Assembly (NCBI GenBank): GCA_046759445.1
Contig: JBHICG010000004.1
Span: forward strand, 32,001-96,000
Length of the DNA: 64,000 nt
Direction of reading: 5' to 3'
Source of the DNA: Candidatus Scalinduaceae bacterium
GTDB taxonomy: Bacteria; Planctomycetota; Brocadiia; Brocadiales; Scalinduaceae
The translations under genes and the position numbers were made by a program. Below are positions 21,918 to 32,172 of the stretch, one piece after another; positions within the stretch are counted from its first letter, which is position 1; every line of letters begins with the position of its first letter. The notes under the pieces were generated by a model that was given only the letters and a program-made list of their open reading frames with translations, did not search any database and was not told the DNA's origin.

Positions 21918-24257
21918 ATGAGTATGAGAATCAATAAGTTATCGATTATTGAGGATAAATGTCCTAATTTCTGGGTGATGGTTATTTTATTCCTTTTGCA
22001 GTTGATGTTGTTGTGGAGAATGATTTTTTTAAACCAGTTTCCTCTAGATTGGGACCTTATGGGGCAGATATATCCGTGGAGGGTTATCTCTGCCAAGATG
22101 ATTAAGGATGGGATTATACCCTTGTGGAATCCTTATATTTTAAGCGGCACACCTCTCTTAGCCGATATGTTGAGCGGAGTATTTTATCCCCTCAATCTTC
22201 TTTTTTTAATCCTGACGCCGTTTACGGCCATGAAGTTAAACTATTTTATACATTATTTTCTAATGGGAATCTTTACGTATTTTTTTTGTATATCTATTAA
22301 AATGGATAGATTCGGTGGATTGATTGCGGCCACTATTTTTCCCTTTAGTCTTTATGTCTTCTCTAGAGAGACTCTTGCTACAAATACTACTGTCCTGGCT
22401 TCAATAACCTGGTTGCCCCTTTTGTTTATGCTAGTCGAACGATTATTGGCAAAAAACAGGTTGACAATTTCAATGTTATTAGGGGTCGTCCTTGCTTTAC
22501 AGTTTCTTGCCGGACATCCCCAAATTGCTTATTATTCAACGTTGTCTCTCATATTATATCTGGTTTTTAGGTGCTACAGTGAAAAAAGGGAGTGGCGTAA
22601 AATTCTTAAATCGTGTTTCCTTCTTGCCTTCGCTCTTTTTCTCGGCGTGTTTTTGTCTGCTGTTCAAATATTACCTACGATTGAGTTTACAACACTGAGT
22701 TACAGGGGATGGAATCAGGATGTACTTGGGGGCCTGGGTCCCAGCGACTTCTTTCGCCTGGGAGGGGTATATGTGGGTATAGTACCTCTAATACTGATTT
22801 TACCTTTACTCATATTCCAAAGGAATATGTATGCATTTTTTTTCTTTGCGCTTATCATTATAAGTTTTCTGGTAATGGTTGAATTTACTCATTTTTCTTC
22901 TTTGTTATCTCGTATTATCCCCTTTTTCCGAACCTTTTATGGAGCAAATAGGGTAATTTTCCTCTATATCTTTTCTGTGTCTATACTGGCTGGGATTGGA
23001 GTAAACACCTTGATAGAGAACTTTGATACAGAAAAAAAGGATTATCTGGCAAAACTCTGTAAGTTTATGGCATTTTTCAGCATACTCCTAGTATTTGTCT
23101 TAGTTTTTGCCTATTGGGGGAGAGAAGTTATCTTTTCTTTGTCTTTAAAGGTGATTTCAAATATTACGAGTTCTGCTGAAACTAGCGAAAAATTATATAA
23201 AATTCACTCATCTTTTATCTCCTTAATGTGGTTTTCGCTCTCGGTCATCATTCTTAGTATGGCCCTCGTATTTCTTCGATTAAGAAATAAGTTCGGTAAT
23301 CACTTATTTATGGCAGGTATTTTGTTGCTTGTCCTGGCCGTCCTTTTGATACAAGAAAAACCAACTAATGTTGACTTAAGAGTATATTTTGAGAAAACTG
23401 AGGCGACTAAATTTTTAAAAAACCACAATAAATATCAACGAATAGATGCCATTGACCCAAAATATGTTATAGATAGGCCACAATTAAACTTTTTCGTTCC
23501 TAATATTAACAGTATACACAATATTTACGGGATCCGCGGATATACCCCACTTCATATGTCTTATTATCTGGAATTTATAGACCTGATAAATGGAGCTGGA
23601 GTGGATTCATCTCTTTATAGGAGTGGAGAGAAAAAGCGTTTTTTATGGGTAGACAACTTTAAGTCTAAATTAGTTGACCTATTAAATGTCAGATATATAG
23701 TTACCAGTAAAGGAATAAAAGATCCACAATTTAATCTTGTCTATGCAGATGATATTAAAATCTACGAAAATAAAAATGTGCTTGAAAGAGCATTTATGGT
23801 ATACGATTATAAAGTAATTAAAGACAAACAAGGAATTTTGTCAGAACTTGGGAGTGATGATTTTAATCCCAGAAAGGTGGTAATACTGGAAAGAGAACCT
23901 CAAAAAGTTTTGAAGAATGAAGGTGATTTATCAGTATCACAACTCGATAGCGTTGACATAATTACCTATCTTCCCAATGAGGTAGTTATTCAGACTGAAT
24001 CGGATAGGGGTGGATTCTTAGTATTGGGTGATACTTATTATCCAGGTTGGAAGGTGTTTGTGGATAGGAATGAAGACGTAATATATAAAGCGAACTACAT
24101 CTTGAGAGGTGTATACTTAGATGAAGGGTCCCATACCATTAAGTTTATCTATGATCCCATTTCTTTTAAGTTAGGATGGATTGTAAGCTTGACAACATTG
24201 GTTGGCATATCGCTATTTTTCCTGTGTTGCATCTGGCCTTTGAGGTTAGAGAGGTAA
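21918..24257 (+). CDS. YfhO-family GT-C-type membrane protein
   Basis: G.IPLWNPYILSGTPLLA...FYPLN, AGHPQ, LSAVQILP..EF, DLLNVRYI, DTYYPGWKV, ANYILRGV...G.HTIKF.YDP.SF..G. Confidence 0.88.
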   Translation: MSMRINKLSIIEDKCPNFWVMVILFLLQLMLLWRMIFLNQFPLDWDLMGQIYPWRVISAKMIKDGIIPLWNPYILSGTPLLADMLSGVFYPLNLLFLILTPFTAMKLNYFIHYFLMGIFTYFFCISIKMDRFGGLIAATIFPFSLYVFSRETLATNTTVLASITWLPLLFMLVERLLAKNRLTISMLLGVVLALQFLAGHPQIAYYSTLSLILYLVFRCYSEKREWRKILKSCFLLAFALFLGVFLSAVQILPTIEFTTLSYRGWNQDVLGGLGPSDFFRLGGVYVGIVPLILILPLLIFQRNMYAFFFFALIIISFLVMVEFTHFSSLLSRIIPFFRTFYGANRVIFLYIFSVSILAGIGVNTLIENFDTEKKDYLAKLCKFMAFFSILLVFVLVFAYWGREVIFSLSLKVISNITSSAETSEKLYKIHSSFISLMWFSLSVIILSMALVFLRLRNKFGNHLFMAGILLLVLAVLLIQEKPTNVDLRVYFEKTEATKFLKNHNKYQRIDAIDPKYVIDRPQLNFFVPNINSIHNIYGIRGYTPLHMSYYLEFIDLINGAGVDSSLYRSGEKKRFLWVDNFKSKLVDLLNVRYIVTSKGIKDPQFNLVYADDIKIYENKNVLERAFMVYDYKVIKDKQGILSELGSDDFNPRKVVILEREPQKVLKNEGDLSVSQLDSVDIITYLPNEVVIQTESDRGGFLVLGDTYYPGWKVFVDRNEDVIYKANYILRGVYLDEGSHTIKFIYDPISFKLGWIVSLTTLVGISLFFLCCIWPLRLER

Positions 24258-24363
24258 TAGTGTTAATTCGGCTTAATAAACTTTTAAATTAAGGAGGTGC
24301 TACTTTTACTTACAACAAAAATAGTAGGTAACTGTAGCGAAAAGGTCTTTTGGGGAAAATTAA

Positions 24364-25305
24364 ATGAATATTTTGCCATACTTAAAGGTAATGCGCATCG
24401 ATCATTACCACAAGAATGTTTTTGTAATTGTTGGTATTGTCGTATTCTTTAAGGTCGCTGATGCAAAAATAGACATACCCCTTTTATTCAAACTTTTTGG
24501 GGCAATACTCATTGCTTGTATTGCATCATCCTTTAATTATATTATAAACGAATTACTAGATTCGGACTCAGATAAATTTCATCCGAAAAAAAAACATAGG
24601 CCTGTTCCATCAGGAGATACCAACATATATGTTGTTTTAACTATAAGCGTCTGTATTTTATTGGTTACTTTATGTTTAAGCTTCTTCTACTACAGCATGT
24701 ATTTTTTTATAACACTAATTTTGTTTTTCCTTTTAGCAATTCTATATAATGTGCCGCCCCTTCGGTTTAAGGATGTTGTATACATGGATGTAGTAATTGA
24801 ATCAGCTAATGCCCCCATTAGAATATTATTGGGTTGGTATGCAATTGGGACGAATATGCTTCCAAAATTATCAGTTCTGGTATCGGTTTGGTGTCTAGGT
24901 GGTTTTCTTATGACGGCAAAACGATATGCTGAGCATAAATTTATATCAAATGACTCTGACAGGGGCATGTATAGAAGGTCTTATAACACTTATACAAGTG
25001 AAATATTGTCTACTTATATGGTTTTCTGGCTTATCCTTTTCAATTTTGCATTTGGTATATTTATTGTACGTATAGAACCCGCAACATTAGTAGTATCTCC
25101 ATTTTTAATAACTTTTTTTATCTGGTATTGGTGGTTATCGACGAAACCCGATTCTATAGTTAAAGAGCCAGAAAGGGTCTTTGAAGAAAAGGGATTTTTT
25201 GTTTATTCGGTATTTCTTTCAATCCTTTTTGGTGTCGTTTTTTTATTCGGCAGTGAAATTCCCTTGATTGATTATATTCACCATCGCTATCTTTTCCCCA
25301 AATAA
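24364..25305 (+). CDS. UbiA-family polyprenyl-phosphate phosphoribosyltransferase-like, copy 2
   Basis: R...YHKN, YIINELLDSDSDKFHPKKKHRPVPSG, YNVPPLRFKD, AKRYAE; multi-TM. Confidence 0.8.
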   Translation: MNILPYLKVMRIDHYHKNVFVIVGIVVFFKVADAKIDIPLLFKLFGAILIACIASSFNYIINELLDSDSDKFHPKKKHRPVPSGDTNIYVVLTISVCILLVTLCLSFFYYSMYFFITLILFFLLAILYNVPPLRFKDVVYMDVVIESANAPIRILLGWYAIGTNMLPKLSVLVSVWCLGGFLMTAKRYAEHKFISNDSDRGMYRRSYNTYTSEILSTYMVFWLILFNFAFGIFIVRIEPATLVVSPFLITFFIWYWWLSTKPDSIVKEPERVFEEKGFFVYSVFLSILFGVVFLFGSEIPLIDYIHHRYLFPK

Positions 25306-25394
25306 ATGTTTGTGCTTTCTTATATAACTTCCTGTTGCTAAAATAAAGATAGACCTATTAGGCATTAAGGGAATTAATAGTGCTTATACTTGAG

Positions 25395-25551
25395 TAATTA
25401 GTTTCTGTTGCGGAAAACTGAAATCCCCAAAAATGTCATTCTGAACTTGTTTCAGAATCTATGCATATCAATCCTGAATCAAGTTCAGGATCAGAGACCC
25501 TGAAACGAGTTCAGGGTGACAATATAACGTTTCCGCAACAGAAACTAATTA
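25395..25551. mobile_element. MITE-like element (157 bp) with perfect 22-bp terminal inverted repeats and internal REP-like hairpins
   Basis: TAATTAGTTTCTGTTGCGGAAA (25395-25416) and TTTCCGCAACAGAAACTAATTA (25530-25551). Internal GTCATTCTGAACTTGTTTCAGAATC, TCCTGAATCAAGTTCAGGA and CCCTGAAACGAGTTCAGGG hairpins. A second copy lies at 39056. Confidence 0.8.
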
Positions 25552-25618
25552 TTAATAATGAGATTGGATATAAATTATAGCCGTTTCCTTTGGTTAATAA
25601 AAGGAATCGAGGGAGAGA

Positions 25619-26644
25619 ATGAAAAAGACTAAAATACTGAAAACGGGATTGAGGTTTTCCAGAAAGTTTGTTTTGAATAAATTGGGGATAAGAGCTCCAT
25701 TTCATGTTCAATGGGAAATCCTTTATGGATGCAACCTCAAATGCGATTTCTGTAATGTGTGGAGAGACCATACTTATGATGCGACTAGATTGAAGAGAGA
25801 GGATGCACTGCATTTGGTTGATGAATTGGCGGAAGTAGGCGTGATGTTTCTGAATCTCACAGGAGGAGAACCATTAATGCTTGACCACACAACTGACGTA
25901 CTTCAAAGGGCAAAAGAACACGGCATCTACACTTCCATGAACACTAATGGGGTATATGTTAAGGATAAGGTTAAGGAATTAAAGAAGGGGATTGAATTAC
26001 TGTATGTTTCCCTCGATAGTCCTTATGCTAAAACCCACGATGAATTAAGGGGAGCGGAGGGATGTTTTTCCCAGATAATGGATGGGATTAGGGCTGCATA
26101 TGACGAAGGTATTAACCTGGCAATCAACATGACTGTCACAAAAAAGAACTTTGATCATATGGAGAAGATGTGTGAATTGGCAACTAATTTAAATGTTCCT
26201 TTGTACATTAGGCACGTTAAAGTTATCCCAACCGAATTCAATGATGTTTCCAATGCTTCCAAACTAAATTACTCAGCGATGAAACATGTAGAGGCAGTGA
26301 GGAAATTGAAGAAAAAGTACAAGGCAATAAAGACAAGTGATGCATATCTAAATTTTATGGAGAACAAAGGTTTTACTAATTACCCGTGCAAGGCTATGAA
26401 AATAAGTCTGAACATTAAGCCGGATGGTACACTGGTTCTGCCTTGTGGGTATTTTCCCGTGCATAAATTTAAGAAGAACGGCAAGTCATTAAAGGAGATA
26501 ATAAAGAGCAAAGGATTTGAGGAAAAAACAAATATTAGGTGGTATGATTTCTGCGATAACTGCACTTTAAGTTGTTTTTATGTTCCAACAGCAATGATGG
26601 ATTTTAAGAATTATATTTCCCTGGTGAAGAGTTATGTTAGATAA
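25619..26644 (+). CDS. Radical SAM protein with twitch/SPASM-type C-terminal domain
   Basis: CNLKCDFC, LTGGEP, NTNG, VSLDS; C-terminal CKAM...PDG..VLPC...CDNCTLSC. Confidence 0.9.
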   Translation: MKKTKILKTGLRFSRKFVLNKLGIRAPFHVQWEILYGCNLKCDFCNVWRDHTYDATRLKREDALHLVDELAEVGVMFLNLTGGEPLMLDHTTDVLQRAKEHGIYTSMNTNGVYVKDKVKELKKGIELLYVSLDSPYAKTHDELRGAEGCFSQIMDGIRAAYDEGINLAINMTVTKKNFDHMEKMCELATNLNVPLYIRHVKVIPTEFNDVSNASKLNYSAMKHVEAVRKLKKKYKAIKTSDAYLNFMENKGFTNYPCKAMKISLNIKPDGTLVLPCGYFPVHKFKKNGKSLKEIIKSKGFEEKTNIRWYDFCDNCTLSCFYVPTAMMDFKNYISLVKSYVR

Positions 26645-26713
26645 AACATTTCTGGAATTAATGTTTGACCTAGTAATAACAAAATAAATATCTTTGCTTT
26701 TAAAAAGAGGATA

Positions 26714-27751
26714 GTGAAAATTTTATTAAAGACATTAAGGGTTGCGACTAAAGCTACGAAAGGTGTTTTTTTAGGGAAGAGAATTCCCATTAACGTTATG
26801 TTGTCCCTCACCGATCGGTGTCAATCCCTTTGTACCTATTGTCAAATTCCCCAGCGTCAAAAAAAGGAAATGACAACAAAACAAATTCGGTTATTGATTG
26901 ACCAGATTATTGCGGAAGGCTGCGAGAGGATAGCGCTTTGGGGAGGAGAGCCGCTCCTTCGTAAAGATATTGGTGATATTATTCGGTATTGTAAGAGTAA
27001 AAATTTATATGTTACCATGGATACAAATGGATTTTTGATTGAGAAACACCTTGAGGAAATAGCAAATCTTGATGTACTCCTGATTAGTTGGGACGGCCCA
27101 GAGCAGGCGCATGAGGCAAATCGAATCCCCAACAGTTACGACAGAGTCGTAGATGCCATAAAAATAGCGAAGGAAAAGGTAAAGGTGTGGACTCTTACTG
27201 TTTTAACAAAACATAATATTAACCGCATTAATGAGATACTGGAAATTGGAGGGCGGCTTGATGTTCCTATGCTTTTTCAACTCCTTTACCACAATCAAGA
27301 CCAGTCTGGTAACACGAGCAACCTTCTTCCGAGCCGCCAGGAACATTTGGATGCCTTTAAACGGCTTATTGAAGCCAAAAAAAAGGGTATTCCAATTGTG
27401 AATTCTTATGCCTATTTGAAACACCTGACCTCCTGGAAGGACTTTTCCAAACAAACTCAATCATTCCGGAAACGTGGTTATCCATTATGCAGAGCAGGTC
27501 AATTTTTCTGTAACGTTGATGTTGACGGTAAAGTTTATCCTTGTAATAGACTTGTAGAGCAAGTTGGTGCGAAGAGTTTTCTGGATGTGGGGTTTAAAGA
27601 GGCGTTTGGGTTTACGAGCCGGAATGGCTGTGAATCCTGTATTACGCCGGGGATTGAGTTTAGCCTTATGTTTTCCTTTGATATTGCGTCTATTGTCAAC
27701 TGGATCAATTTCATATTAAAAACCCAATCTCGCCCACGACAAGACCAGTAA
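26714..27751 (+). CDS. Radical SAM protein with twitch/SPASM-type domain
   Basis: CQSLCTYC, WGGEPLLR, DTNG, SWDG; C-terminal CRAG...VDGKVYPC...CESC. Confidence 0.9.
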   Translation: MKILLKTLRVATKATKGVFLGKRIPINVMLSLTDRCQSLCTYCQIPQRQKKEMTTKQIRLLIDQIIAEGCERIALWGGEPLLRKDIGDIIRYCKSKNLYVTMDTNGFLIEKHLEEIANLDVLLISWDGPEQAHEANRIPNSYDRVVDAIKIAKEKVKVWTLTVLTKHNINRINEILEIGGRLDVPMLFQLLYHNQDQSGNTSNLLPSRQEHLDAFKRLIEAKKKGIPIVNSYAYLKHLTSWKDFSKQTQSFRKRGYPLCRAGQFFCNVDVDGKVYPCNRLVEQVGAKSFLDVGFKEAFGFTSRNGCESCITPGIEFSLMFSFDIASIVNWINFILKTQSRPRQDQ

Positions 27752-27761
27752 TTACTTATTA

Positions 27762-28676
27762 ATGGAACATTCAAAGATGAAAGTACTTGTTACAGGAGCT
27801 ACTGGTTTTGTAGGACAACGGCTGATTTCAAGCTTGGTGGAAAGAAGCCATGATGTTATCGCCTTTGCTTTACAGGACGACAGTCCTGCTGTTGCCTTGT
27901 TTCAAAGAAATGTAGAAGTTAAATATGGCGATATTAGGGATCAGTCATCTATTGAAAAAGCCCTTAATGAGGTTGAAGCTGTTATAAATTTAGCAGCAGT
28001 ACAGGAATCTAACGACCAAAAGCTTAATGAAGAGGTTAATTATAAAGGTGTAAAAAACCTTATTGGGGCTTGTAAAAAACGTTCCACCAGACGCTTAATT
28101 CACTTATCTAGTATTGCCACCTGCTACAAAAATAAAAATTATTATGGTAAATCAAAAGAAAAGGCTGATCAATATGTAATGAATAAATCTGATATGGATT
28201 ATACAATAATTCGCCCTACCTTGATTTACGGTGACTGCATGGGAGGGCCTTTCCATACCTTTATAAAAACATTAGAGATACTACCATTTATAATTCCAGT
28301 TATTGGTAATGGAAAAGCATTAAAACGGCCAATATTTGTAGATGACGTTGTTTCTGCCGTCATCCTTTCATTGGAATTGGAAATAGCCATTGGCAAATAT
28401 TACAACATTAGCGGCCGTGATATTGTTTCCGTCGAGAAAATGATTAAGCGGATATTAGCAAGGAAAGGTATTAAAAAATTGATTGTCAAGATTCCAGTTT
28501 GGATTTTATACCCTTTTGCGTTTGTCTTAGAAATGTTTTTTACTAATCCTCCTTTTACGCGTGCATCTCTGATAACGGCTACACAGGACGGTATCTTAGA
28601 TCATAGTTTAATCAGGGATGAGCTTGGATTTAGACCAGTGTCTTTTGAAGAAGGACTTGCGAAAACTGGTTTTTAA
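27762..28676 (+). CDS. NAD-dependent epimerase/dehydratase family (extended/atypical SDR)
   Basis: VTGATGFVG, HLSS, YGKSK (YxxxK), IIRPTLIYG. Confidence 0.88.
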   Translation: MEHSKMKVLVTGATGFVGQRLISSLVERSHDVIAFALQDDSPAVALFQRNVEVKYGDIRDQSSIEKALNEVEAVINLAAVQESNDQKLNEEVNYKGVKNLIGACKKRSTRRLIHLSSIATCYKNKNYYGKSKEKADQYVMNKSDMDYTIIRPTLIYGDCMGGPFHTFIKTLEILPFIIPVIGNGKALKRPIFVDDVVSAVILSLELEIAIGKYYNISGRDIVSVEKMIKRILARKGIKKLIVKIPVWILYPFAFVLEMFFTNPPFTRASLITATQDGILDHSLIRDELGFRPVSFEEGLAKTGF

Positions 28677-28705
28677 CAACAGGTGTTAACTTCCTTGTTG
28701 TAATT

Positions 28706-30763
28706 ATGCCGAAGATTAAGATTGATCTTGGGAAGTTCAGGAAAAGGTTTGAGATGAAAATCAGTGACTACATAAACAATTCCAATAAAGCTATTACTTG
28801 TATGGTTGTCATAGTTACAGGTGTCTGGTTTAGCTCTTTATTTTTTCTTCCCAAAGATGCTTTTTGGTCGGGAGACATGGGAGTTAAATTGATACAGGTA
28901 AATAGTTTTATTTCAAAACAGTATAGTGGAATCTCCCTGGACTACCCGGGAAGGGATATTGATCCTCAATTAAAATTTTATCCACTCTCAGGCGATGAGG
29001 GTGCAGTTTTAGTCTTTGAAGTTGATGGGAAAATGTATTCCAAGGATCAAGTTTTTTTCACCTTTTTATCATCTTTTTTTTATAAGGCATTTGGATACTC
29101 AGGCCTGTATGTGATTTCTTTTTTTGCAGGGGCCTTTACTTTAATACTCACATTTTTAATATGTAAGCATAGTCCTGCCCGGAAATATGCCTGGTGCAGT
29201 ATTTTTTTGATTGGCCTTGCAACACCACTCTGGTTTTACTCCATAACATTTTGGGGACACACTTTAGCAACCTTCCTATTTTCATTGGCCTTGTTTTTAA
29301 TGATACTAGGAAGACAGAAGGGGAACCTATTTCTCTTTTTCGTTTCAGGGCTCATAATAGGTGTGGGAATTTGGAGCCGACCGGAAATTTATCTTTTGGT
29401 AGTAGCCTCTATTGCAGCACTTATTTTAGACAATAAAGATAGAAAAACTAAATTTCAAAGGATAATGTGGATGCTTATAGGAACCCTTTTGCTCCTTTTA
29501 CCGATGTGGGGTTTTAATCTGATGATTTTCAATAAACCTTTTACCCCACATATGGCACAATTATCACACAGTACATTTACCAGTCTTGTATATTCCTTTG
29601 TTAGTACCTTAACCATGTTATTTCATGGACCTTTACAAAATATATTCCACGACCTTCTTTTACAGATTCCTTTTGCCATACTGTTTGTTTTAAGTATAAA
29701 CTTAAAAACCGATAGATTATGGCCCAAACTATTCTCTATAGTGTTGTTGAGTTGTATATTAGTTTCATTCACAGCATTACTTAAAACTGACCGCACTGTT
29801 TCAGGTCTTGTGCCTCTTAGCCCTTTTATTGCCTTTTCCTTCCTGCTTTTATCTTATCCAATAAATGTTTTCAGAGAAATTCTTATGCGAGATCAGAAGA
29901 TTCGTACAATCAGTTCTGTTTTTAATATCCTGTTTAGCTTTGTCTGGGTAGCAGCTTCTTTGTTTTTATTTACGAAACCTGAGTTTACGGTCATATTAGG
30001 ACTACCTTATCAAGGCAGATTCTTCTGGCCTATTGCATTTATTTTATTGGCTATAATTCAAATATTATTGGTCTCTTGGTTATTAAATAAAAGAGACGAA
30101 AAAAATACTATTGGTTTTGTTGATGATGAAAGAGTATGGGTTAAATTTCTCGGTGTAATTTTTATAGTTTATATTCTACTGACATGTGTTTCCACTCCAT
30201 CTCCGGGAGGCAATGAATATGGCCCCCGCTATTTACTTCCTCTTTATCCTGTCCTTATTGTTCTAACCCTGATTGCCGTAACTAAACTTTTTGAAAGCGG
30301 GTTTTTTCACGTGTATAAAAAGGTTTTCTTTTTATCTTTCATTATTCTTTTCGGTTTATCTGTAATGTTTCAGGTTAAAGGAGTGAAAATATTGAATGAG
30401 AAGAAAAAGGCCTGTCTTTCTCTTGTTAGGGCTACCCAGAAACTGGGTTCTCAGGTTGTTATTACAGATGCCTTAAACTATCCCTGGGAGACTGCTTCGA
30501 TTTTTTATGAGAAGAAATTGTTTTATATTTCTGATAAGAAAAAATTAGCGGGATTATTGAATATTTTGGTCAGTAAGGATATAGATGAGTTCATATTTGT
30601 TACCTGGTCTGATCTTAATAAAAGCCTTCTTAATGGTATGGATACTTTACTGCCATACAAAATACAAAGCAGTCCTTCTGATAGGTTATATGTTTCCAGC
30701 CCAATCTTGTTAGGTAATTTTGTTCTCCAAAAATATAAAATTATGTTTAGCAGAAGTACTTAA
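28706..30763 (+). CDS. Polytopic membrane protein, putative GT-C glycosyltransferase
   Basis: FWSGDMGVKLIQ after TM1, LATPLWFYSITFWGHTLA, WSRPE, GGNEYGPRYLLP; more than 13 TM segments. Confidence 0.65.
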   Translation: MPKIKIDLGKFRKRFEMKISDYINNSNKAITCMVVIVTGVWFSSLFFLPKDAFWSGDMGVKLIQVNSFISKQYSGISLDYPGRDIDPQLKFYPLSGDEGAVLVFEVDGKMYSKDQVFFTFLSSFFYKAFGYSGLYVISFFAGAFTLILTFLICKHSPARKYAWCSIFLIGLATPLWFYSITFWGHTLATFLFSLALFLMILGRQKGNLFLFFVSGLIIGVGIWSRPEIYLLVVASIAALILDNKDRKTKFQRIMWMLIGTLLLLLPMWGFNLMIFNKPFTPHMAQLSHSTFTSLVYSFVSTLTMLFHGPLQNIFHDLLLQIPFAILFVLSINLKTDRLWPKLFSIVLLSCILVSFTALLKTDRTVSGLVPLSPFIAFSFLLLSYPINVFREILMRDQKIRTISSVFNILFSFVWVAASLFLFTKPEFTVILGLPYQGRFFWPIAFILLAIIQILLVSWLLNKRDEKNTIGFVDDERVWVKFLGVIFIVYILLTCVSTPSPGGNEYGPRYLLPLYPVLIVLTLIAVTKLFESGFFHVYKKVFFLSFIILFGLSVMFQVKGVKILNEKKKACLSLVRATQKLGSQVVITDALNYPWETASIFYEKKLFYISDKKKLAGLLNILVSKDIDEFIFVTWSDLNKSLLNGMDTLLPYKIQSSPSDRLYVSSPILLGNFVLQKYKIMFSRST

Positions 30764-30774
30764 GGGGATGCGTA

Positions 30775-32088
30775 TTGAGTATGGTTAGAAACATCAATTC
30801 TTTTAGTTCCGGGATTCATTTGCCAATTGCCATAATTAGTTTTGCATTGTTGTTGAGAATATTGGCGGTACTCTTCATAGTAGATCCTTCTACCCCTACA
30901 GGGGATGTTCAGCATGATATGTATGCCGTAAATATTATAAACGGGAATGGATTTCGGATTGATAATCTCCTTAGTATTCAAGGAGGTGAAACACCGGGAA
31001 GCTTTGGGCTGGACACCCTGTTTTCTTTTAAGCCACCTTTGTATCCCATGTTTCTAGCGACAATCTATTCTACTTGCGATCGTAATTTTTTGGCAGTTGG
31101 AATAATACAGGCATTTTTAGGCTCCCTATCCTGTTTAATTCTCTTCCAAATTAGCAAAAGGATATTTGATGAGAAAGTAGGTTTAATTTCTACATCAATA
31201 TTTGCACTATATCCTTATTTCGTTCTTCAGGGAACAAAAGTTATGGATACCACTTTATTTACATTTCTAACCGTAATAAGTATTTTGTATTTATATAAAG
31301 TTACAGAAAGGCCAACTTCTGTGAATATGGTGGCGGCAGGAATAATTATGGGTCTTGCAATACTATGTAGACCCATTTTTCTTCCATTCATCCCTTTTGT
31401 TTTCGTCTGGTTGTGGTTTTCTTCCCCCTCAAAAAAGATAAGGGTACTTAAAATCATCACGATAACTTCTATATTTATCATATTAACGGTGTTACCCTGG
31501 ACTGTAAGAAATTATATGGTTCATGGACGACTTGTTTTACTTGGTACCAATGGAGGCTATACATTCTGGCAGGCAAACAATCAGTTTACTGAAAAGTATA
31601 TCAAAATGCGTAGTGATTTAGACCCTATTGCCTTTAACGAAGGTATTGACTGGAAGGAAGAAGGGCTGTATGGACTTTCTGAGGTAGAGCAGAATAGTTG
31701 GTTTTATAAAGAGGGGGTGGGATATATTTACAATCACCCATTTGATTTGGTCAGGTTGTCAGCGCTTAAGTTTCTCAGTTTATGGAGTTGGCATATTTAT
31801 CCATCCTCTGAAAGTAAACTAAAAAATGCCATCTATACCTTTACATATGGGCCTATACTCATAATGGCAATAGCTGGAATAGTGTTGAGTCATAATAGAT
31901 GGGAAAAGACATCCCTATTATTGCTTCTATTCTTTGCTTTTACTATTGTATATGCGATATTTTACGGAAAGACAATCTACCGATCCCCATTAGACCCATT
32001 TCTCTTTGTTTTTTCCGCATATACTTTACGCATTATTTGGAACAAGATAAAGAGCCCCGTTCTTGGTAAAAATTTTTCTGATGTATAA
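30775..32088 (+). CDS. ArnT/PMT-like GT-C glycosyltransferase (paralog A1)
   Basis: GD..HD.YA.NI..GNG, FKPPLYPMFLA, GLAILCRP, PWTVRNY, NGGYTFWQANN. Confidence 0.85.
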   Translation: MSMVRNINSFSSGIHLPIAIISFALLLRILAVLFIVDPSTPTGDVQHDMYAVNIINGNGFRIDNLLSIQGGETPGSFGLDTLFSFKPPLYPMFLATIYSTCDRNFLAVGIIQAFLGSLSCLILFQISKRIFDEKVGLISTSIFALYPYFVLQGTKVMDTTLFTFLTVISILYLYKVTERPTSVNMVAAGIIMGLAILCRPIFLPFIPFVFVWLWFSSPSKKIRVLKIITITSIFIILTVLPWTVRNYMVHGRLVLLGTNGGYTFWQANNQFTEKYIKMRSDLDPIAFNEGIDWKEEGLYGLSEVEQNSWFYKEGVGYIYNHPFDLVRLSALKFLSLWSWHIYPSSESKLKNAIYTFTYGPILIMAIAGIVLSHNRWEKTSLLLLLFFAFTIVYAIFYGKTIYRSPLDPFLFVFSAYTLRIIWNKIKSPVLGKNFSDV

Positions 32089-32172
32089 GAAATTGTAAAC
32101 TAGCGTACAGAGAAAAAACCTTATTGTTCTCTTTGATTAATCAAGATTTGTTCTGAGGTTTGGAGTTATAAT

